Shown: piece after piece, positions 25,226 through 32,000 of the stretch | Layout: each line of letters begins with the position of its first letter | Position numbering within the stretch: position 1 is the stretch's first letter | DNA from: Nitrosopumilus maritimus SCM1 | Lineage (GTDB): Archaea > Thermoproteota > Nitrososphaeria > Nitrososphaerales > Nitrosopumilaceae | Direction of reading: 5' to 3' | Length of the DNA stretch: 32,000 nucleotides | Assembly: GCF_000018465.1 (NCBI RefSeq) | Contig: NC_010085.1 | Location: 240,001 to 272,000, forward strand | Notes under the pieces: model-generated | Database searches by the model: none | What the model saw: only the letters and a program-made list of their open reading frames with translations | What the model was told of the DNA's origin: nothing | Position numbers and translations under genes: made by a program

Positions 25226-25234
25226 ACGATCGAT

Positions 25235-26902
25235 ATGGGGCTCAATTATTATCAAATTAAGAAACATGTTCTGAGAGCTCGAAAATTAGTTATCAAAGCC
25301 ACAAATACTGCTGGTTCAGGTCATCCAGGCGGTTCATTTTCTATGGCTGAAATTTTAGGTTGTTTATTCAACAAATATCTAAAATTTGATCCTAAAAATC
25401 CACAATGGGAAGATAGAGATCGTTTAGTGTTATCAAAAGGTCATGCTGCCCCGGGTTTATTTTCAAATATGGCAGTTGCAGGATATTTTCCAGAATCAGA
25501 ACTTGAAACTTTGAGAAAATTTGGAAGTAAACTACAAGGTCATCCTGATTTGAAATGTCCTGGTGTTGAATTTTGTGGTGGCTCGTTAGGTACTGGTTTA
25601 TCCTATTCTGTTGGAATTGCACTTGCAGGAAAAATTGATTCTAAAGACTATCATGTCTATACAATTATTGGAGATGGAGAATCCGATGAAGGTCAGGTTT
25701 GGGAAGCTGCGATGACTGCAGCAAAATACAAAGTTGATAATCTTACTGTTTTTCTTGACAGGAATTTTATCCAACAAGATTCTTACACTGAAAAAATTAT
25801 GCCACTTGACAAAAAGTTAGAAACTGATGATCTTTCTGAAATGTGGAAAGATGCTTCTAGATGGAAAACAGGTGACAAATGGAGATCTTTTGGTTGGAAT
25901 GTAATTGAAATTGATGGTCATCGAGTTGAACAGATTGATGCAGCTATTACAAAAGCAAATACGATAAAAGGTGTCCCAACAATAATTATCTCAAGAACAA
26001 TTAAAGGAAAAGCTGTTGAACATATGGAAGATAATCCTGCATGGCATGGAAAGGCACCTGATTCTGATGTTGTTCCAATTATCAACATGGAATTAGATTC
26101 TCAGTTTATGATTGCACCATCAATTATTGCTGGTGATATGTCAAATCTTGAAAATGAAGTTAAGAGATGTGTTTCTGGAAGAGCTGATTACATTCATCTA
26201 GATGTCATGGATGGTCAATTTGTTCCAAACAAAACATTTGATCATATTAAAATCAAAGAATTACGTCCACTTACCGTAATCCCATTTGATTCTCATTTGA
26301 TGATTAACGAACCTGTAAAACATGTTAGAGATTACATTGATGCAGGTAGTGATATCATTACTGTACATGCAGAAGTAACTGATGAATCTAGTTTTGGAGA
26401 AATTCATGATGTATTAAAACAAAATCAAGTTGGTATTGGTTTTGCAATAAATCCTGATACGGAATTACCTGAATGGTCTTACAAATTCATACCTTCACTT
26501 GATCAGCTTATTGTGATGTCTGTAGTTCCCGGAAAATCTGGTCAGAAATACATTGAGGAAACTCATGCAAAAATGGCTAGATTGAATACTATTCTAAACG
26601 AGCATAATTTTTCCGGATACATTGAGGCTGATGGCGGAGTAAATCTTGAAAATATAGGCTCGGTTTTTGCAGATGGAGCACGTGCTTTTGTTGGAGGAGG
26701 AGCAATTATCGGACAACAAGATGTTCGTGCTGCAATTAGAGACTTTAGAACTGAAGTATTGTCTTCTAGAAGACAACTATTGCTTGACAAAGCAAATGAT
26801 CTAGGGGGCACTGAATTAGTTAACAAATGGATTGGATTGCATGTTGTTGGTGAAAAACAAGAACAAATTAAAAAAATTGCAGAGGAGAGAGGATACCTTT
26901 GA
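25235..26902 (+). CDS. Fusion protein: transketolase N-terminal (ThDP-binding) domain :: ribulose-phosphate 3-epimerase
   Basis: Residues 1 to about 285: ATNTAGSGHPGGSFSMAEIL, SKGHAAPGL, GTGLSYSVGIALAGK, IIGDGESDEGQVWEAAM. From residue 292: MIAPSIIAGDMSNLENEV, YIHLDVMDGQFVPNKTF, DSHLMI, ITVHAEV, IVMSVVPGKSGQKYI, IEADGGVNLENI (Rpe). Confidence 0.93.
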   Translation: MGLNYYQIKKHVLRARKLVIKATNTAGSGHPGGSFSMAEILGCLFNKYLKFDPKNPQWEDRDRLVLSKGHAAPGLFSNMAVAGYFPESELETLRKFGSKLQGHPDLKCPGVEFCGGSLGTGLSYSVGIALAGKIDSKDYHVYTIIGDGESDEGQVWEAAMTAAKYKVDNLTVFLDRNFIQQDSYTEKIMPLDKKLETDDLSEMWKDASRWKTGDKWRSFGWNVIEIDGHRVEQIDAAITKANTIKGVPTIIISRTIKGKAVEHMEDNPAWHGKAPDSDVVPIINMELDSQFMIAPSIIAGDMSNLENEVKRCVSGRADYIHLDVMDGQFVPNKTFDHIKIKELRPLTVIPFDSHLMINEPVKHVRDYIDAGSDIITVHAEVTDESSFGEIHDVLKQNQVGIGFAINPDTELPEWSYKFIPSLDQLIVMSVVPGKSGQKYIEETHAKMARLNTILNEHNFSGYIEADGGVNLENIGSVFADGARAFVGGGAIIGQQDVRAAIRDFRTEVLSSRRQLLLDKANDLGGTELVNKWIGLHVVGEKQEQIKKIAEERGYL

Positions 26903-27873
26903 ATGAACCAGTAATGACTGACATGCGTTCAGAATATTCAAAATCTCTGATTCAACTTGGAAAAGAGAATCCAAATGTTGTTGTATTGGGAGCTGATACT
27001 ACTGATTCATTAAAAACATCTGGTTTTGGAAAAGAATTTCCAAATAGATTTTTTAATGTTGGAATTGCTGAAGCAAATCTTGTTACAACTTCTGCCGGCT
27101 TGGCAGTATCTGGAAAAATACCTTTTGCAAGTACATATGCTATATTTCTACCAGGAAGAGCAGTTGATCAAATCCGAAACAATGTGGCGTATCCTTCCCC
27201 ACCTGGAAAAAAAGGTCTTAATGTAAAATTTGTTGTTTCTCATGGAGGACTTTCAGTTGGACCTGATGGTGGTTCACACCAACAAATTGAGGACATTGGA
27301 ATAATGAGAGTTATCCCAAATTTCCGAGTATTCATTCCTGCAGATACAATTGCAGTTTCTAAACTAACTTCTTTGATGGCAAATGAATATGGACCATTTT
27401 ACATGAGAATGGCAAGATCCAAAACACCTTTGGTTCATTCAGATTCTCAAAACTTTGAAACTGGAAAAGCAATAACCTTGAGAGACGGTTCTGATTGTAC
27501 AATTGCTGCTTGTGGAATCACTGTGAGAATGGCATTGGAAGCTGCTGAATCACTCCAACAAGAGGGAATTTCTTGTAGAGTATTGGATATGTTTTCTATA
27601 AAACCAATTGATAATGCAACTTTAGAAAAAGCTGCTCGTGAAACTGGATGTATTGTTACTGCAGAAGAGCATAATATTGTAGGTGGAATGGGTTCTGCAG
27701 TCGCAGAATCTGTTTCTGAATCATATCCTGTACCCATAAAGAGAATTGGTGCTCAAGATATGTTTGGTGAATCTGCCCGAGACAAAGAGATTCCTTTACT
27801 TTTAGAAAAGCATGGAATAACATCTTTTAATATGGTAAAACAAGTCAAAGAAGTTAGGAGCAAAAAATTATGA
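26899..27873 (+). CDS. Transketolase C-terminal subunit (pyrimidine-binding and C-terminal domains)
   Basis: VVLGADTTDSLKTSGFGKEFPNRFFNVGIAEANLVTTSAGLAVSGKIPFASTYAIFLPGRAVDQIRN; 4-nt overlap with the preceding gene. Confidence 0.92.
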   Translation: MNEPVMTDMRSEYSKSLIQLGKENPNVVVLGADTTDSLKTSGFGKEFPNRFFNVGIAEANLVTTSAGLAVSGKIPFASTYAIFLPGRAVDQIRNNVAYPSPPGKKGLNVKFVVSHGGLSVGPDGGSHQQIEDIGIMRVIPNFRVFIPADTIAVSKLTSLMANEYGPFYMRMARSKTPLVHSDSQNFETGKAITLRDGSDCTIAACGITVRMALEAAESLQQEGISCRVLDMFSIKPIDNATLEKAARETGCIVTAEEHNIVGGMGSAVAESVSESYPVPIKRIGAQDMFGESARDKEIPLLLEKHGITSFNMVKQVKEVRSKKL

Positions 27874-28538
27874 AAATATTTCTTGATACTGCCAATTTAG
27901 AATCAATAAAAAAATTCAATGACATGGGATTACTTGATGGAATCACTACAAACCCATCTCTTATGTCTAAAGAAAAAGGTAATCCTAAAGATGCAATGGA
28001 AGAGATTACAAAAATCATCAAAGGTGATGTGAGTCTAGAAGTTGTCAGCACTGATTTTTCTGGAATGGTTGATGAAGGAAAACGACTACGTCAATATGGT
28101 GACAATGTTGTTGTTAAAGTTCCTATGACTCCTGATGGCTTGAAAGCTTGTAAATCACTTTCATCTGAAGGTATTCCTGTAAATGTGACATTAGTTTTTT
28201 CACCAAACCAAGCTCTACTTGCTGCAAAATCTGGCGCAAAATATGTTAGCCCATTTATTGGAAGATTAGATGATATTGGTCAAGATGGTATGAATCTGAT
28301 TCAAGATATTAAAGATATTTTCAAAAACTACCCTCATCTAAAAACCGAAATTCTGGTTGCAAGTGTACGTCACCCAATGCATGTAGTTGAAGCTGCAAAA
28401 ATTGGAGCTGATGTGGTGACTTTACCTCCTGGAGTTTTAGATAAAATGCTTCAACATCCATTGACAAAAATTGGTTTAGAAAATTTCCTCAAAGATTGGG
28501 AAAAAGTCAAAGCTGAAAATCCTGATATCAAAATCTAA
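27870..28538 (+). CDS. tal: Transaldolase / fructose-6-phosphate aldolase-like (TalC-type)
   Basis: MKIFLDTANLESIKKFNDMGLLDGITTNPSLMSKE, VVKVPMTPDGLKA, SPFIGRLDDIG, ILVASVRHPMHV; 4-nt overlap with transketolase-C. Confidence 0.92.
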   Translation: MKIFLDTANLESIKKFNDMGLLDGITTNPSLMSKEKGNPKDAMEEITKIIKGDVSLEVVSTDFSGMVDEGKRLRQYGDNVVVKVPMTPDGLKACKSLSSEGIPVNVTLVFSPNQALLAAKSGAKYVSPFIGRLDDIGQDGMNLIQDIKDIFKNYPHLKTEILVASVRHPMHVVEAAKIGADVVTLPPGVLDKMLQHPLTKIGLENFLKDWEKVKAENPDIKI

Positions 28539-28578
28539 TACAAATAAAATTACAAAAATGAAATTTGAGAGGATTTTA

Positions 28579-28839
28579 TTAGCCTCTGCTTTTTCTTGAA
28601 CCAGTTCCTCTACCAGTACTTCTAGTCATTCCTTTTGTATCTGGACGAGCTTTTGGATCAGGCATATCGCTAAGTTTTCTTGTGCCGGTTCCTCTACCAG
28701 ATGATACTCTAGTATTACCTGCAGCCTTCTTTCTTGCTTCTTGAATTTTTTTAAATTCGTCACCGGACCATTTTTTGGGGTCATTATCAACTTCAATAGT
28801 TCCTGTTCCCCTTCCAGTTCGTATTCTGATTTTGCCCAT
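28579..28839 (-). CDS. Small basic conserved protein with three GRGTG motifs
   Basis: MGKIRIRTGRGTGTIEVDNDPKKWSG...VSSGRGTGTRKLSDMPDPKARPDTKGMTRSTGRGTGSRKSRG*. Confidence 0.7.
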   Translation of the reverse strand: MGKIRIRTGRGTGTIEVDNDPKKWSGDEFKKIQEARKKAAGNTRVSSGRGTGTRKLSDMPDPKARPDTKGMTRSTGRGTGSRKSRG

Positions 28840-28905
28840 AAATTTAGTTAAATTCTCTGGTATTTATCTAAGCTCATTTTTGAATAAGATCAGATCTTAG
28901 TACTA

Positions 28906-29928
28906 CTAGTTGTTGATCCAACCTAATTTCTTGAAGTATGTAAACATCATAATTGCAGGGATTGCTGATGCAAGAATTACAATTATGAAAGTTGTAAATG
29001 GACCTAAGAACATTGGATTTTCATCAACTCCTCCTGGCAAATTTACGTTCATTCCATAAAATGTCCCAATTACTGTTGCTGGTATTGCCAGTGTGAATAT
29101 TATTGTCAATACTGCCAATACCTTGTTTGTTTTTTCTGTACTTAGTACAAAATCAGTATCTTTGTAAATTTCCATTGTTTCTCTTGACTCTTCAAGTGTT
29201 TCAATTACTTTATCAATATGATCTATAATATCATCATAATACAATGAAAGATCTTCTTCATTTCTTTCAGTAAATTTTTTTACATTTTTTGTAATTTCTA
29301 ATACAAATTTCTTTAATGGATTGGCTATTCTTCTTAGTCTGTTAATTTCTCGTCTAAGTAATGCAATGCTTCTTGCTACTGGTTTTGTTTCATCAAATAC
29401 TCTATCTTCAATTTCATCTAGATTTGCAATGATCTTTCTTGAAGTATGTAAAAGGTCGTCTACTAACACATCTATGATTTCGTGAAGCAATAATCCTGAT
29501 GATTTTTGTAATATTCTATTTTTTCTTTGTTCATCTGAATTTGATTTACAAATATCTACTAACTCTACAAGTGGTTTGAGATCCCCTTGATGAACTGTTA
29601 CCAAGAAGTCTTTTCCTACAAATATTGATAATTGACTATTTTTTGAAATTCCTAATTTCTGAGTAAGTGGTGGAAAGTGAAGAATTACAAAGAAATGATC
29701 ATCATAACTGTCTAATTTTGGAAGTTCGAATTTTGTCATACAGTCTTCAATGTTTAAAGCATTGAAATTGTACTTTTCAGCCAATTCTTCAACTTCTTCT
29801 CTATCTGGATTCTGTAGATCAATCCATACAAATTTCTCTGCATGTATTGTTTCAATTTTTTTCTCAATAGAATCCTCTATATTCTTCCTACCTGAGCGTA
29901 ATCTATTTGAGATGAATCCTTTTCTCAT
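28906..29928 (-). CDS. corA: CorA-family divalent cation transporter
   Basis: Terminal TM pair with YGMNVNLPGG (GMN signature), IPATVIGTFYGMN; acidic/helical cytoplasmic domain. Confidence 0.92.
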   Translation of the reverse strand: MRKGFISNRLRSGRKNIEDSIEKKIETIHAEKFVWIDLQNPDREEVEELAEKYNFNALNIEDCMTKFELPKLDSYDDHFFVILHFPPLTQKLGISKNSQLSIFVGKDFLVTVHQGDLKPLVELVDICKSNSDEQRKNRILQKSSGLLLHEIIDVLVDDLLHTSRKIIANLDEIEDRVFDETKPVARSIALLRREINRLRRIANPLKKFVLEITKNVKKFTERNEEDLSLYYDDIIDHIDKVIETLEESRETMEIYKDTDFVLSTEKTNKVLAVLTIIFTLAIPATVIGTFYGMNVNLPGGVDENPMFLGPFTTFIIVILASAIPAIMMFTYFKKLGWINN

Positions 29929-30033
29929 GTCGAAAGGTACCCTGATACAACAAATTTAAAGCGATCGCTAAAGCCTACATAAAATCTATAGTTGATTATA
30001 AAATAAAGAACTGTGCTAAAATTTTAGGCTCTA

Positions 30034-30114
30034 CTACTTGTAAGGAAGTAAATACATTCCACCGTAATAGGTCAGTCCGATTGTAATGGCCATTGCAACC
30101 CACCAAAATCTCAT
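30034..30114 (-). CDS. Candidate 26-aa single-TM micro-protein (not in ORF track)
   Basis: MRFWWVAMAITIGLTYYGGMYLLPYK*; TATA-like TTTATTATTAA about 30 nt upstream on the minus strand. Confidence 0.45.
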   Translation of the reverse strand: MRFWWVAMAITIGLTYYGGMYLLPYK

Positions 30115-30208
30115 AATAGAAATTTTACATGGTTAATAATAAATCTACAGTCTAATTTTCATAAAAAATCAAAGATTATTACTGGATGATCTCTTTTCTT
30201 TATCTGTG

Positions 30209-30280
30209 GCCTTCGTAGTACAGTGGTTAGTATAGAGGATTGTGGATCCTCGGACAGGAGTTCGATTCCCCTCGAGGGCC
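30209..30280 (+). tRNA. tRNA-His(GTG), with genomically encoded G-1 at 30208
   Basis: Acceptor GCCTTCG/CGAGGGC, D-stem GTAC/GTAT, anticodon arm GAGGA-TTGTGGA-TCCTC, T-arm AGGAG-TTCGATT-CCCCT, C73 opposite G-1. Confidence 0.93.
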
Positions 30281-30334
30281 CTCCTTTTATTTTATGAATT
30301 AGAATGATTCTAAACAGATTATTTGATTATGGAA

Positions 30335-30724
30335 CTAGGATTTTGTTGGTCCAATATCCAACAAAGATGAAATATTTTTTATGTTGATATTTTTGAACAT
30401 CTCTACTTCTTCTTCCTTGTTATCTATACTGATAAAGAGTAAATGCTCTTCATCAATCGGGATGGTCATTCTCTTAATCTTCTCATATGATGTAACTGAG
30501 TATAGAGGTCTTCCAACTTTGTCTTTGATTTCTACACGTGATTTCCATGACTCTATTGTTCGACTTAATTGCTCTTTAGTTTCTTCTAAAGAAAACAATT
30601 CTCTAATGTCATCTCGACGTTTTTGAAACAATAATTCCCCTTTTAGATTACACATGGCTGAAAATCTGATATTCTTATTTGACACCATTAAAACTTCTAA
30701 AAAGCTCTTGTAATCTTCCACCAT
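30335..30724 (-). CDS. Hypothetical protein (129 aa)
   Basis: Coherent soluble protein ORF with no stop-rich alternatives; no motif I can name with confidence. Confidence 0.7.
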   Translation of the reverse strand: MVEDYKSFLEVLMVSNKNIRFSAMCNLKGELLFQKRRDDIRELFSLEETKEQLSRTIESWKSRVEIKDKVGRPLYSVTSYEKIKRMTIPIDEEHLLFISIDNKEEEVEMFKNINIKNISSLLDIGPTKS

Positions 30725-30780
30725 CTCATTTTCACTTAATCACTAAAATACATATCTTGAATTTCCCATTTTCGACAATT

Positions 30781-31149
30781 TTAGAATATTCCAAATTTAC
30801 TTGATTCCATCTCTTCTTTTATGGCCAACTTGAATCTAGGTGATTTATTTTCCAAATTATTGGTTAACCAAGTCAGGAATTTCTTTTCAGTACCTTTGCC
30901 CTTCAATTTGTCAAAATCAGGACCCATCATATCTACTAATTTCTGAACTAGTGACTTATTCACACTTAATACAAAAAAATGCCATCCAAATGCAAATTCT
31001 GAATCTGTCATAACAAAATCTTCCTCACTATGAACCATCTCCTCTAATAGAGATAATTGTCTAGTTAGTGCCTTGCTTGTTTTGTCATAATCTACTGCTG
31101 ATACATTAATGTGCATTCTTTCGTCCATAATTGATTTGTGTTTAAACAA
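30781..31149 (-). CDS. Hypothetical protein (up to 122 aa)
   Basis: Coherent ORF in same orientation as neighbours; start may be internal Met (MDERMHINV or MHINV). Confidence 0.65.
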   Translation of the reverse strand: MFKHKSIMDERMHINVSAVDYDKTSKALTRQLSLLEEMVHSEEDFVMTDSEFAFGWHFFVLSVNKSLVQKLVDMMGPDFDKLKGKGTEKKFLTWLTNNLENKSPRFKLAIKEEMESSKFGIF

Positions 31150-31168
31150 AATAAAAGGATTACACGAA

Positions 31169-31930
31169 TTATTCTTTTAACATGGGTTCAAAATCTATGT
31201 CAAAATTCATTTTCATGAGTTTAATGTATGTCTGAATTGACTCTGGAATCTCTTCTCCGCAAGCAACTCCTAATTTTTTTGCATTGATCCAGATTACTAG
31301 AGTTTGAATAATTGTGAGAAATCGATCGTTTTTGATTTCAGGTGAACCAATTGCTTTTGTGTATCTTTCTGCAAATTCCCACGCTGTAACAAAATCTACA
31401 CATTTTACACCAAACACTGCTAGCAACTGTTCTTGCATATTCTTTGCTTTTGTAAATGGTACTTTGTTTACGATGTATGGAAAGTCTACTTTATCTGGAA
31501 TGCAATCTGGTAATGGCCCCCAAATAGTAATTATTCTTGTATCTGATTTTAATTCTTCAAATTTTTTTAACATTTGATTTGTAATATTTTCATCTGTAAA
31601 CCAAAACAAAATTACTGTTGCATCAGAAATGTCTGAATCCAAAATATCTTGACATCTTAATTCAGCTTTGGTTTGTTTTTCTTCAAGATTTTTTTTTGCA
31701 TTTTCAATTTTTTCACAATTATTGTCTATTCCTACTGCTTTTTCTACTTGGAATTCTTTTACTGCTATCTCTATTCCTTTTTCATCACTACATCCTAGAT
31801 GATAAAAAATATCATCTTTTGTCAATTTTACAAATTTGAAAATGCTTCTTAGAGACTTTTCTGGTAGTTGAACATCCTCCCCGTTCAGTAAATTTTCTGG
31901 TAATGTATCTAAATACTCATCAATTCTCAA
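31169..31930 (-). CDS. Class I SAM-dependent methyltransferase-like protein (TTG start)
   Basis: DIFYHLGCSDEKGIEIAVKEFQVEKAVGIDNNCEKIENAKKN resembles Rossmann methyltransferase motifs I/II (degenerate G-loop); CQDILDSD around motif III. Confidence 0.6.
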   Translation of the reverse strand: MRIDEYLDTLPENLLNGEDVQLPEKSLRSIFKFVKLTKDDIFYHLGCSDEKGIEIAVKEFQVEKAVGIDNNCEKIENAKKNLEEKQTKAELRCQDILDSDISDATVILFWFTDENITNQMLKKFEELKSDTRIITIWGPLPDCIPDKVDFPYIVNKVPFTKAKNMQEQLLAVFGVKCVDFVTAWEFAERYTKAIGSPEIKNDRFLTIIQTLVIWINAKKLGVACGEEIPESIQTYIKLMKMNFDIDFEPMLKE

Positions 31931-31955
31931 TAATACTTGTTTTAAAAACGAGAAT

Positions 31956-32000
31956 TTATTCTCTTATGCTTTCTAATTTGGAAACTGCTTGCCATAATTG
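31956..32000 (-). CDS. Possible C-terminus of a gene entering from the right edge
   Basis: Minus-strand frame ending ...QLWQAVSKLESIRE*; only 14 residues visible. Confidence 0.25.
   Translation of the reverse strand, partial: QLWQAVSKLESIRE

Noticed and set aside
27447-28051. Minus-strand ORFs over transketolase-C / transaldolase
   Set aside because: Antisense of strongly supported genes with no motifs.
31618-31839. 73-aa plus-strand ORF (Leu/Phe-rich)
   Set aside because: Antisense of methyltransferase-like gene; composition artefact of antisense AT-rich sequence.
1-32000. CRISPR array, transposon, prophage or defence island
   Set aside because: No regularly spaced repeats, transposase/integrase signatures, or phage genes; the only substantial direct repeat I noticed is the 2-copy zinc-ribbon unit. 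This is an ordinary core-genome region.

Overview
Gene-dense core-genome segment from an AT-rich ammonia-oxidizing archaeon (Nitrosopumilaceae/Nitrososphaerota-like, judged from gene content and protein signatures; no database search was run). Left to right it encodes: the acetyl/propionyl-CoA carboxylase operon (carboxyltransferase partial at the window edge, biotin carboxylase, BCCP); a peroxiredoxin; an 11-gene complex I operon (nuoABCDHIJKMLN, no nuoEFG); a polyprenyl/GGPP synthase; a tRNA-Glu with a T-loop intron; a CADD/TenA/PqqC-like protein; tRNA-Met; pyrE; a LarA-like protein; an EGY/S2P-like M50 protease; a GNAT acetyltransferase; a Trm5/TYW2-like methyltransferase; ABCE1; 5S rRNA; a leucyl aminopeptidase; small RHH and zinc-finger proteins; an internally duplicated CxxC-x17-CxxC protein; a pentose-phosphate cluster with a transketolase-N::ribulose-phosphate-epimerase fusion, transketolase-C and transaldolase; a CorA transporter; tRNA-His; and several hypotheticals. 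I see no CRISPR array, phage, transposon or defence island. The most interesting items are the Tkt-N::Rpe fusion, the 15-nt tRNA-Glu intron in the T-loop with an ideal BHB geometry, the CADD-like candidate p-aminobenzoate enzyme, a dyad-containing 15-nt motif shared upstream of that gene and the transketolase operon, a candidate C/D-box sRNA after tRNA-Met, the almost perfectly duplicated zinc-ribbon coding unit, and several unannotated mini-ORFs (26, 42 and 46 aa).
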